Assembly (NCBI GenBank): GCA_038087875.1
Contig: CM075988.1
Span: forward strand, 9,674,001-9,738,000
Length of the DNA stretch: 64,000 nt
Reading direction: 5' to 3'
Source of the DNA: Malacoraja senta
Taxonomy: Eukaryota
The notes beneath the pieces were generated by a model. It saw only the letters and a program-made list of their open reading frames with translations, was not told the DNA's origin and searched no databases. A program made the position numbers and the translations under genes. Shown piece by piece: positions 1-11,793 of the stretch; position 1 is the first letter of the stretch; each line of letters begins with the position of its first letter.

Positions 1-404
1 TGAGTGCTAGTTTGAATCAAAAGGTAGAAATCCACATTACATAACTAATTTAAGTGGCTCTGTAGGTCGCAGTTCTCACTGGAGTGGTCAAGAACCATCT
101 CATTGGTAAAATGAGAGATTGTACTGTGTGTTGTTCTCAAATGTTCGCTATCCCTCTCAAAAATGAGTGGACTGATCAGGCCACTACATGTCAATACCTG
201 CTTAATGCTGCCAGATTTGCATTCCACAGGGATGGTAGCTGTGATCCTGCACAGAGCTTGTGGTGTGTTGTGTCATGTGACACTGTCACTATGCCACAGT
301 GTGTGGGCACAGGTCCAACAGGGTACCTACGATACACCATGGGCCATCGGAAGAAATACTATTGCACACAACCACAGTCTGTAACCTCTTGGTTCAGCAT
401 GTCC

Positions 405-836
405 GATACGATATGATACAATACGATAGAACTTTATTTATCCCAGGAGGGAAATTAATGTGCCAACAATCATAAAAAACACAAAATACATGAAACATGA
501 AATTAAAGTGACTAGTGGAAAGGCTTTGGGGATGTGCAAAGATTGAGGAGGTGAGGGGGGATGGGGGGAGGAGAGTCAATCTCAGTCTACCCCATGACAG
601 AAGGGGGAGGAGTTGTAAAGTTTGATGGCCACTGGGAAGAAGGATCTCCTGTGGTGTTCTGTCCTGCATCTTGATGGAACCAGTCTGCTGTTGAAGGCAC
701 TCCTCAGGTTGACCAGAGTGTCAGGAAGGGGGTGAGCTGTATTGTCCAGGATGCTCAGCAGTTTGAGGAACGTCCTCCCCTCCAAGACCACCTCACATGA
801 ATCCAACTCCACCCCCAGGAAGGAGCCAGCCTTCCT
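405..836 (-). mobile_element. Rex1/Babar-like LINE 3' fragment
   Basis: ORF 582-812 (..RCRTEHHRRSFFPVAIKLYNSS) resembles an RT C-terminus, followed by AATAAA and a (TATCG/TATCA)n tail. A second copy lies at 28205-28510. Confidence 0.75.
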
Positions 837-1147
837 GACTCCAGTTTAAGTCTCAAGCTTAGGAAACAATCCTCGTTTAAATAGGATTGGAGAACTGGAT
901 GTCAGAGGTCACACCAAGCATATGTGAATATGAGATGCTAGCCAGGCAGTGCGACAACGCAGAACCAAATACATGCTAAGAATGAGAGAGACTGCATGCT
1001 GTAAAAAGAGATAAGAAATCCCACGTGCAATGGATCTGATCAAAGCTCCTGTATATCCAGTGGTGCAAGGTGGTGGAAAATTAAACAACTAACAGAAGGA
1101 GGGGTTATGAATATTCCCATTCTTAATGAGCGTAAAATACAAGTAGC

Positions 1148-1456
1148 TTTAGACTTTAGATATACAGCGCGGAAACAGGCCCTCCTGCCCACCTAGTCTG
1201 CGCCGACCAGCGATTACGCCATATGCTAGCACTATCCTACACACTTGGGATAATTTACAACTTTACCAAAGCCAATTAACCTACAAACCTGTGTGTCTTT
1301 GGAATGTGGGAGAAAACCGGAGCACTCTGAGAAAACCCACGTGGTCACAGGGAGAACGTACAAACTCTTTACAGACAGCACCGTATTCAGACTCAAACCT
1401 GGGTTTCTGGCGCTGCAAGGTAACAACTCTGCCACTACGCCACTGTACCGCCCCCT
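1148..1456 (-). mobile_element. tRNA-derived V-SINE (HE1-like)
   Basis: A/B-box head, V-domain-like core (GTTCTCCCTGTGACC..GGTTTTCTCCCAC), CR1-type tail ending in (TCTAAAG)n. Confidence 0.85.
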
Positions 1457-2858
1457 AACTGTAAAGATCTTTAATTGCACGTGAATGATCCAATGTGTCC
1501 ACCTTTTGAAATTCTGAGTTTTCAGAAAATTCAATCCAGTTTATGTTACACTGGATACAGCAAAGGCTCTGGGATTCGACAAGGACCTATCTGAACTCCT
1601 ATGCCTTGTGCTCCAGTAATTACTCCACATTCAGGAAATGATCCGCCTCCCTGAACATTTGGAAAATTGCCCAGAATGACCTGTCCATGAAAATTCAAAA
1701 TAGTTCATTACTGCACTATTAGTCTATTTTCAATCATCGCCAAAATGTTGGAAATATCTTTGATAATGCCATCAGCAGCAATTAATAGTCAATAACCTGT
1801 TTACTGCTGCCAGGGACAGCTTCCACAATGATCACTCAGCTCTGCAACTCATTAGCATCCTGGTCCAAATATAGATAAAGTAAGTGAATTCCATGCTTGT
1901 TTAATAATCCTGAACATAAAGACAACTTGATCAAGTGCTGCACTTCAGAATCCTGGCAAGATTGTTCAGTAGGCTGGCCGGAGTTATACAGACCACATAG
2001 GAAAGTGGTTGTTATAGGCCAATTATCACGCTCCCCAGGACATCACTGCCATGGTTCCTTGTTGCAGTATCCCCAGCCAATTTTCTGCTTTATAAATGAC
2101 CATAAGGTCAGAAGTGGGATCGTCTGCTAACAACTGCAAAGTGTTGGGTCTTGTGTTCAATTGCTCAGCTGATGAAGTGATCTGTAAGTGAACAAAATCA
2201 AATGAGAAACATATCTAAGCCTGAGGAGAAAAGGCATGCAATATGCCATGCCATAAAGTGTTGTCCATTACTTTCTTAACAAAGGAGTCTAGCACTTACC
2301 ACTTAACATTTGGTTGCCCTGCCATTATCCTCTGTCACTGCCTACTATCACAATGGACCAGGAACATAGGAAAACAAACTCAACAAATATTGAATTATTG
2401 AAGCAGTTCAAACATTGGAATTCTAATACAACTGCTATACCCCTTAACTCCCCAACCTTTCATCTCTGTGCATGGTTCGAGCTTGTTTTGGAATGTTCTT
2501 TATTGCCAAAATGTGGGTAGCTCCAACAGTAGGCAAGATACTTGTAACTGTCCAGGGTAAAGCAATCAAGAGGATTTTTTTTTTTTAATTATTTATTTTT
2601 TAGAAGTAAGTACAATAATGTGGTACCAAAGTACCTAATACTTATTGACATATTACATTTCATATACAACTTCTTATTTTTAATTTAATAATAAAGCAAA
2701 AATAAGAAATGAAAGATTACAAAAGGAAAGATTGAGATGCAGTGTTGCGTGAGATAGCAAAATAGCCCTAGAAAAAAAATGAGGAGAAAAAAAGAAGAGA
2801 AGAAAGAAAGAAAAAAGAAACAAAAGAGAAGCGCAAATGAGATTGAACCATTATATTT

Positions 2859-5800
2859 CTATGATTGTGTTGCACCATATGCTTGTAGAAAGTCGATGAA
2901 GGGAGACCATATCAATAAGAAGAGGTCTACCTTCCCTACTAGAAGGATTCGTATTTCTTCAAGATATTCCGTTTCTGACATATTTGAAATCCACATTTTC
3001 ACCGTTGGAGTTGGTGAATTTTTCCAAAATTTAAGTATGAGTTTTTTTGCCATTATTAAACCAAAATTAAATAAGGATTTTTGATACGGATTTAACTTAT
3101 TCCCACCTTCCATTGATCCAAAGATAATCAATTCTGTATTCGGTTCCAGTCTTCAATTAAATAATTTTGTAAACATTTCAAAAATTTCATTCCAGAATTT
3201 ATGTAGTTTTATACAGGAGACAAAAGAGTGTGTTATAGTGGCATTCTCAGCTAAGCATTTATCACATATTCGTGAGATATTTGGATACAATTTATTCAAT
3301 CTAGTTTTCGAGTAATATAGTCTATGTAAAATTTTAAATTCGATTAAATTATGTTTTACATTATTCGAACATTTATGTATATATATCAGGTATTTTTCCC
3401 ATGCTTCTTTCACAATTTATCTGTAATTCTTGTTCCCAATCTACTCTAATTGCCTCTGTCGATGGAGGTTCTATATTTAAAATAATATTATATAAGTATG
3501 ATATTAAATTGCTTGAATCCGTTTTAATATTCATCGCTTCATCTAGTGAATCTAAAGTTATATTTTGATATCCTTGTATGTGTTGTTTCAAATAATCTCT
3601 GATTTGAAGGTATTTAAAGTATTGATTATTTTTCAAGTTGTATTTTAATTGTAGTTGTTGAAATGATTTTAAAAAAATCCCATTTCATACAAATCTCCAA
3701 AGCTTTTAATTCCTAATCTTTCCCAAAAGGTATACGCTTTATCAATAAGAGATGGCTTAAATGAGGGGTTATTTACTATTGGAGTTAAAAGCGATAAATG
3801 TCCTACTTTAAAGTTAGTTTTATTTGTTTCCAAATTCGAATTGTGTTGTGAATAATTGGGTTCTTTTTATATATTGTATTGTTTAATTTTATCGGGGAGA
3901 AGAGGATCGCTCCTATATTAAAAGGAGAACAATCCTCTTTCTCCATTCTTATCCATTCTACCTGTTGGGCAGAGCTGTCCACCAATTAATTATGTTTTTA
4001 ATATGTACTGGCCAGTAGTAGTATAAAAAGTTTGGGAGTGTCAGTCCCCCAAATTCTTTAGGTTTACACAGATGTTTTCTTTGGATTCTATGCGCTCTAT
4101 AGTCCCATATGAAGTTAGTAATACTAGAACCTAATTTTTTAAAGAAGTTTTTTGGTAAGTATATTGGAATAGATTGAAATAGGTATAATATGTGTGGTAG
4201 AAAAATCATTTTTATAGCATTTATTCTACCTATTAAAGACATCGGCAAGGTTTTCCAGAATTTAATCAACCCATTCAGTTTAGTTAGTAAAGGCATAAAA
4301 TTTGCATTAAATAATGATTTATATTTTCTAGTAATTTGGATACCTAAATACTTAATTTTTTCTGTTGCAATTTTAAAGGGAAATTTTAACAGATGTGTCG
4401 AGTCTTGTGGTTTTAACATCATAATTTCACTTTTCTTCCAATTTATTCTATATCCTGAAAAGGAGCCAAATTCCTCTATTAAATTTAGTATGTTTGGTAT
4501 ACTAATTTGCGAATTTGTGATGTATAATAATACGTCGTCTGCGTATAGTGAGATTTTATTATTTGAATCTTTGGTATTATATCCCCGAATATTCGGATGG
4601 CTTCTTATACTTTCTGCTAAAGGCTCTATCACAAGTGCAAATAGTAGGGGTGATAGTGCACACCCCTGTCTATTGCCCCTTGTTAAATGTTTTTAAAGAT
4701 AACATATTATTAGTTAGTATTCTAGTTGTCGGCTTATCATATAATAATTTAACCCATGAAACGAAATTCTCTCCCATGTTAAATTTTTGCAATACTTTAT
4801 AAAGATATGGCCATTCTACTTGATCAAATGCTTTTTCTGCATCCAATGAAATAATTGATACATCTTCTTCTTCAGTTTTTAGTGAGTACATTATATTAAA
4901 CAAGCGTCTTAGATTATTGTCTGAGTATCTTTTAGGTATAAACCCCGTTTGATCTGGGTTTATTAGTTTGTTAACGTATTTACTCAGTCTTCTCGCTAAA
5001 GTCTTTGCTAGTATTTTCTGATCTGTATTTAAGAGTGCTATAGCTCTGTATGAGCCAGGTTCTTCTAGATCTTTATCTTTTTTTGGTATAATGGTTGATT
5101 CAGCTAGTGTTTCTGGTAATGTGTTTTCCTTAAAGGCATGAGTATATAATTTTTGTAGACGGGGAGAAATTATCTCATGGAATCTTTTGTAAAATTCGTT
5201 GCTAAAACCATCTGGTCCTGGAGTTTTGCCATTTTTCAACGAGTTTATTGTTTCTTCTATTTCTTTAAGTGTAATCTGAGCTCCTAACTCTTCTTCCAAC
5301 AAAGTAAGTTTAGGAAGGTTGCAGTTATCTAAGAAATTTGTAATTTTAATGTTATCTGCTGTAGTTTTAGATGTATATAAGTTTTGATAAAATTGGGCAA
5401 ATCTTTTATTAATATCTTTTGGTAATGTTAGTAATTCACCCTTATCTGATTTAATTTTTGTAATTGTATTTTCCTTTTCGCGTTTTTCAGCAGACGTGCT
5501 AAAAGTTTCTGTGGTTTATCGCCAAATTCAAAATTTTCCTGTTTTGTAATTTGATATAAGCTTATTACTCTTGCCGATAAAATTTCATTTAATTTAAATT
5601 TCAATAAGGTTATCTTATTGTGTTTATCTGTGGTTGGGTCTTTGGCATTATCTAGGTCTAATTGTCTGATTTCTTGTTCTAACTGCCGTTGTTCTGTCTT
5701 ATTCTTTTTATTTTGGAAGGCTTGATATGAAATTATAACTCCTCTCATGAATGCCTTAAAAGTTTCCCATAATAACGAAGGTGAAATACCTGTTGTATCA

Positions 5801-6654
5801 TTGGTCTCAAAAAAGAGGTTCATCTGTTGTTTTAAATATGTACTACCCTGTGGGTTATTTAGAATTTGGGGATTAATCCTCCAGAATGCTTTTCTATCCG
5901 TCATTCCTTCTATTTTTAATGAAAAAGTTAACAGAGAGTGATCAGAAATACTGCAATTATGATATTTAGGGCTAATTGTATATGGGATTAATTTTGTCTC
6001 TACTGGAAAGTAGTCAATTCGTGAATACGTTTTATGTACCGTCGAATAAAATGAGTATTCCCTCCCAACTGGATTGGCAATTCTCCATACGTCTGTTATA
6101 TTTGTATGTTTTATATATGTATTCAGGAGTTCACTCGTTTTAGATTTTATATTACTCCTTTTATGTTTTGCAGATTTATCCAAATATGGATCTAAGACAC
6201 AGTTGAAATTCCCCCCTATTATCAAATTTTGAGAATTAAGCTCTGAAATCATATCCAGAATTTTCTTAAAGAATTGACGGTTATCAAAATTAGGCGCATA
6301 AATGTTTATCATAGTAATTGGAGTTGAGTGAATTTCTCCCGTAACTATAACATACCTTCCCTCCTTATCTAATATGGTGTTTTTGCATTTAAATGGTATA
6401 CCTTTACGAATGATAATAACCGTCCCTCTAGATTTAGAAGTAAATGAGGAATAATATGTTTGCCCAATCCAATTTGTCTTCAATCTTATCTGTGTTTGTT
6501 GTTTCAGGTGTGTTTCCTGCAAAAACATTATGTCACAATTCAGTGATTTTAATTGAGCAAGTATCTTGCCCCTTTTAATTGGTTCATTAGCACCCCTTAT
6601 ATTCCAACTACAGAACGTGACTCCTCCAGACTTCTTTTGTTTATCGTCTTGCAT
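2859..6654 (-). pseudogene. L1 ORF2 (APE endonuclease, reverse transcriptase, CCHC zinc knuckle), multiply frameshifted
   Basis: SWNIRG/LQETH/SRIDY/SDH in 5428-6654; KTPGPDG and SLDAEKAFD in 4670-5302; LYADD in 3958-4632; CDKC..H..C in 3153-3413. Confidence 0.95.
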
Positions 6655-7723
6655 TGTGAATCATTTTATTACCCTTGTCATATGGTGCAACCCAGTACCT
6701 CAGAGCTCTAGGTGTTGGGTGGACGTCTCGAACTGCTGAGTTTATGTAACATCTCCTTTACAGAGTAGACCTTAAAACCAACAAGAAAGCGTGAAGTGAT
6801 GAAAGAGTAATAATAATATATTTTTTTTAAAGGTGGTGTTAAAGTATCTAAAGAGTGATACCTTAATAAAAAGAAACCACCTAACGGTGGTGAATAAGTA
6901 TTTATGGACTTCCGTCGATGTTATTATACATTCAGCTCTGCCCCCTTGAACAAATATTTTAAAAGGGATGAAAAGCCGCTTTAATATTATGAAATATATC
7001 CAAACTGGTAGAGAAAAAAAAGAAGAACCACTTGGGATCTAATATCTATATGCATCTCCAAGTAATCTAGTCTTGAGTATGTACTGAAATTTAGCCTATG
7101 TTAGTTTATATATCCCTATATACCTATACCCCAAACATTATTACCTTCAGTTCCCCACTTAAATCCCAAAATTTGATTTTAAACAACAGCAGATTCCAAC
7201 AGCAGGTTCCAAGAGGTTAACGGAGTCAGACTCCTGGATATCTTCCAAGTGTCTGTGTCTCCTCCCCCCCAAATCTTGTACTAGTTCAGTTATGAATTTT
7301 TAAATGATTAATATTGGTTAGTATATATCTATAATTTTAGCTCATTATCCTTAAACTTAGATGTACATTAAAGTAGCTTAGTATTATTTAGTTAATTAGT
7401 TTTGTTAGTTAATTATTTGTGTTAATAACTGGTTATATAAAAACAGAAACACAGATCAAACTTTTTTATAATCAAGTCCGTCTGTATTATTTTGCTTGTT
7501 CTCCGGCTTGAGGTTGTTTTCCATGTCCCATCACTTCATTTTGTTTTTCTTTGAGTCCTTCATTCAAGGTGAAACATAGCTTGCGACCTCGAACACACAT
7601 TCCATGGGGATAACGTGTCTGGCCAACGCCTCATGTAAAATTCCGCCATCTTAATGAGAACCAGTTCTTTTAAATAGAAAGAGTCTTATCTTCACCGATT
7701 CTGCTCTATAATATTCTTAGTTC

Positions 7724-7951
7724 TCAGTCCTTCTCCTTTACGATATCTTGTGCATATTTAAATGCCTCTTCTGGGTCCATAAAGGCCCGTTCCCTGGAGT
7801 CATAGGTAATTCTCATTTTAGCCGGATACAAAATGCCATATCTTACCTCAGGGACTCCTTTCAAAATGTTTCTTGTCTTTGTGAACATGTTCCGTTTTCT
7901 GACTATTTCAGGCGGGTAGTCACGGAAAAAACCGCAGATTATCCCCTTCAA
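7724..7951 (-). pseudogene. L1 ORF1p C-terminal domain fragment
   Basis: FRDYPPEIVRKR..YGILYPAKMRITY matches the L1 ORF1p C-terminal pattern. Confidence 0.85.
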
Positions 7952-8026
7952 ATGTAATCAAGAGGATTTCTATCCATCTTTCTCACTTTAAACATTCACT
8001 TTCAGTTACCAGATGCATGGCAGTAA

Positions 8027-8320
8027 AACCCCTGTCTCACGGTGCGAGTCCACACACGAGTGATCCCGAGTTTAAAACAAATCAAACTCGTGGTAATCAC
8101 GTAGAATTAACATAGCGGGAACGTTGGAACTCGTAAAGCTAACGGCAGGTACTCGGGAAACTTGTTAACTCGTGAAAATCTTTCATGATGAAAGATTTCC
8201 ACGAGTCAAATTTACTCTTGAAGTAAAAATTTTAAACTTTTAAACTCGTTGTAAGAACGTAGTAGCCCATGAGTTTACCGTAGTGACTCGTGAGTCTACC
8301 GTGGGAACTCAGCGGGACAG
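8027..8320. mobile_element. MITE related to the CCTGTCCCAC-TIR family; partial inverted copy at 8585-8701
   Basis: Begins CCCCTGTCTCAC; central palindrome AAATCTTTCATGATGAAAGATTT; 8172-8289 is the reverse complement of 8585-8701. Confidence 0.6.
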
Positions 8321-8700
8321 GCAGCATCTCTGAAGAGAAGGAATGGGTGACGGGATGACGTTTCCAAAATTCTGCTGCATCTTTGTGTTACTCCAGCACT
8401 GTGTATTCACTTTTTGTCAACCAGCATCTGCCCTTTCTTGTGTATGACATTATTTGTATCCGTGGCAGTTGATTGTCGCCCCCTTCAGTTTCCCAGGGGG
8501 TCGGGACGGGACTGGAGTTGGGAGGGAAAGGTGGGCGGGAGGGGGGGGGGAGGGGAGTGGGGGGAGGGGGGGTTGGGGTGACAGGAGTCACTACGGTAAA
8601 CTCACGGGCTACTACATTCTTACAACGAGTTTAAAAGTTTAAAATTTTTACTTCAAGAGTAAATTTGACTCGTGGAAATCTTTCATCATGTTGATTTTCA

Positions 8701-8701
8701 C

Positions 8702-8790
<89 letters not shown>
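8701..8790 (+). repeat. (CTGT)n/(CTAT)n microsatellite
   Basis: Tetranucleotide tandem array seen directly. Confidence 0.97.
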
Positions 8791-9046
8791 CCTGTTTTGT
8801 TTTATGAGTGGATAGGTAAACAAAAACTGAAATAACTTATATATGTGTGTGTGTATTTGTGAGTATGTGTATATATACACACTGAACTTTTTTTTCTCTC
8901 ATTTATTATATTGTTTACAGTGTACTATGTGTACATATTCTGTTGTGCTGCAGCAAGTAAGAATGTCATTGTTCTATCTGGGACACATGACAATAAAACA
9001 CTCTTGACTTTTGACTCTTGACTCTTGACTCTTGACTCTTGACTTG

Positions 9047-9445
9047 AGTCTACTCCACGATTCAATCATGGCTGATCTATCTCTCCCTCCTAACCTCATT
9101 CTCCTGCCTTCTTCCCATAACCACTGACACCCATACTAATCAAGAATCTATCTATCTTTGCTTTAAATATATCCACTGACTTTGCCTCTACAGCTGTCTG
9201 TGGCAAAGAATTCCATCGATTCACCACACTGGCTAAAGAAATTCCTCCTCATCTACATCCCAAAAGAATGTCCTTTAATTCTGAGGCTATGACCTCTAGT
9301 CCTAGACTCTCCCACTAGTGGAAACATTCTCACCACATCCATTCTATCCAAGCCTTTCACTATTCTGTACGTTTCAATGAGGTCCCCCTCATTCTTCTAA
9401 ACGCTAGCAAATGTAGGCCCAATGCCGTCAAATCTCATCATATGT
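9047..9445 (-). mobile_element. CR1 (HER1-like) LINE 3' fragment
   Basis: Reverse complement matches the CR1 3' end at 20752-21280. Confidence 0.8.
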
Positions 9446-10022
9446 CATCATACCAAGGAGACTTGGTTTTTAATAATATCCAGTTGGATTTCTTGTAAGC
9501 AACACCTTCCAGTCAGACACTACCTGGTCCATCACAAGTACCTTCCCACCATCGAATGAGTCTGCAGGTGGTGCTGCCTCAAAAAAGCAGCCAGTTTCAT
9601 CAAATACCCACTCATTTCACTCCTGCATTGGGAAGAAGGTATAGGAGTCTGACTTCCGGTTTCAGGAAAAGCTTCTTCCCAACAACCATAAGAGCCTTAA
9701 TCACTACAAACTGGGCGTTCAAGTTGCCGAACCAGACCATGATGCAACCAGTCAATATGCTCTCTACTGTATACCTGTAGAGGTTCAAGAGAATCCTCTC
9801 TGACATAGCAAATCTCCGTAATCGACTCGATGGGCAAATGGCCTACTTCTACTCCTATCACTTGTGATCTTATGATCTCTGTGATTTCTAGATCTGTCTT
9901 GACAGGTCCCTGAAGCTAAGCCTTGAGTAAACAGTAGTTGGGAATGCTCTTCGAATGCCTCTCAGTAACAGTGTGAAGATCTTGCTGGATACTATACCAG
10001 TATTCCACGATCACATTCGTAC

Positions 10023-10098
10023 CTTGTATACAACAGGATTATTTGGAAGGGAGATTGGACATTTTTGTTTCTGCCTTAACAACCGATAAGTTGACCAA
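10023..10098 (-). CDS. Candidate internal coding exon of an unidentified host gene (WSTYRLLRQKQKCPISLPNNPVVYK)
   Basis: Acceptor ttccttcctgtgactcatttgcag, donor AAG|gtacga; 76 nt with a single open frame; phase matches exon 10382-10455; non-repetitive context. Confidence 0.55.
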
Positions 10099-10381
10099 CT
10101 GCAAATGAGTCACAGGAAGGAATTTAATGAATTTTTCTTGAACTTCTATCTGAGACCACACACATTTACATTGCTTATTCGATGTGCAGATCAAACAAAT
10201 TAAGGAAGGTATGATAAAAAGGGAGTTATCTGATTTGCCTACAAATCTAAAAACTTTGAAATATAAACAAATTATTGAAAAATCATAGCACATCTGTCAA
10301 CATTTGTAAAGGACATCACCTTGTCTTTTCTTATTATGGAGGTAGAAAGACACATTGTCGATATTCCTGCTTCTTTTTTAC

Positions 10382-10455
10382 CTTAATTGGTCTGATAGAT
10401 AGACAAGGATTTTCTCTGTCATTTGGAGCAAAGTTGCAAACATGTGAATTATTTC
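10382..10455 (-). CDS. Candidate internal coding exon of an unidentified host gene (EIIHMFATLLQMTEKILVYLSDQL)
   Basis: Polypyrimidine tract plus aag acceptor, donor AG|gtaaaa; 74 nt ending in phase 2, joining in frame to 10023-10098. Confidence 0.55.
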
Positions 10456-10955
10456 CTTGTATATAATGGAGAGAGAAAAAGGCTTGTCTGCAAAGCATCT
10501 CCACCTTTGACACAGAAGCACTTTTTAAAGACATGAGTTGATATCACTAATATCCTTAATCTGAGGGCTCTGATTCGATTCAGGAACTATGAATAAATTA
10601 GCTCCACGGTGACATTTATTTGCAATATGGCTTTGGCTGATATCCTCCTTTCCTCATTCAATCATTAAAACTTCAGATGTAAGACTTGGTGATGGTAGAG
10701 GAAGCAATTCAGTAAATGCTTTTGATAATTTAGTGAAATAATAAAAGTCTTCAGTTAGAATTGGATGGTGAATGTTGCATTAAGACACTCTGAGCCCGTG
10801 AAGGGCTATAAAAAAGAAAATGAAGTATTGGGTTTATGGGGAACAACTTGAGTAGGGTTTCAATACAAAGAGTACTGTATAACAAATCTTGCAAAGCCAG
10901 GCAATAATATGTATAATGTAGAGACAAGGAGCTGCAGATGATGGAATGGTGACTA

Positions 10956-11135
10956 AAACACACAGTGCAGGTAACTCAGCAGATCAGGCAGTATCTGTGG
11001 AGCGAATGCATCATTGATGTTTCAAGTCGGGACCCTACTTCAGAGACAAGAAGGGTCTTGACCCAAAAGGTTACCTGTCCATTCCCTTCAGAGATGCCAC
11101 CTGACCTGCTGAGTTACTCCAGCACCTTGAGTTTT
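10956..11135. mobile_element. Penelope-type short repeat, inverted pair (degenerate)
   Basis: Two inverted arms (..GTAACTCAGCAG / CTGCTGAGTTAC..) meeting at decayed CTGAAGAAGGGTC..GACCCGAAA motifs. Confidence 0.65.
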
Positions 11136-11793
11136 TATGAAATAATACATATAAATTATCAATCCGTGAGAATAGATTTCTTTATATACCAGTGGATAGT
11201 TTTTAGTAGATTTGGAAAGATTTCTATGTCAGCTTTTAATCAGTAATATCTCATTCCCAATAGAAAATAGATTATGGCTTCAAATTGCACTCTAGACAGT
11301 ACATATATAACTTAGGGAGATAGTAATGAGGGAGGCCTGCACTGTTTGAGATGTGCCTTTCAGATGATACAAAGTCATGTCCACCATCTTAATTCATTAT
11401 GAAAGAACCTAAGTAACTATATTTGAGAAGGTCAGAGATCTTCTCCTCAATGTCCAAACCATTATTGCTCACTAAATCAAATGATCTGGACAATAATGCA
11501 TGGTAGTTTGCAGAAGTTTGCTGTAAGCAAACTGAGAGCCATGTTTCCAACACAAAGCACACTTCAAGAAGAGTGGAGTATCGATTATAATCTGCTACAG
11601 GAGCTTTGAAACTATGAATAGTGAAATATAAATGAAAATACAGGCACTCCCTGATTTACGTAATAGGCGACTTATGTAAACTCGCACTTGCGTAAATAAT
11701 TCACAATAGGTGGACCCATTTCCTGAACGACCTGGGTTATTGCAGCGGAGGGATGGCAAGGCTTTCCTGCCCATTTCATAGATATAATATATA

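Larger units (their letters stand above)
190..2574 (+). mobile_element. Ancient degenerate CR1/L2-group LINE ORF2 remnant, interrupted by Rex1, SINE and L1 insertions; resumes at about 7970-8025
   Basis: Decayed RT motifs can be read across frameshifts (LDTAKALG near 1550; WKIAQ..PVH..ISLFSIIAKMLE at about 1660-1755). The sequence continues after the right-hand L1 TSD. Confidence 0.6.
2575..7955 (-). mobile_element. LINE-1 (L1 clade), 5'-truncated within ORF1, inactivated
   Basis: Poly(A) tail at 2575, ORF2 with EN/RT/CCHC, ORF1 C-terminus, and TSD AATCAAGAGGATTT at 2564-2577 and 7956-7969. Confidence 0.95.

Noticed and set aside
11639..11700. TA-CAGGCACTCCC start resembling a Tigger/pogo TIR
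   Set aside because: No matching second TIR was found.
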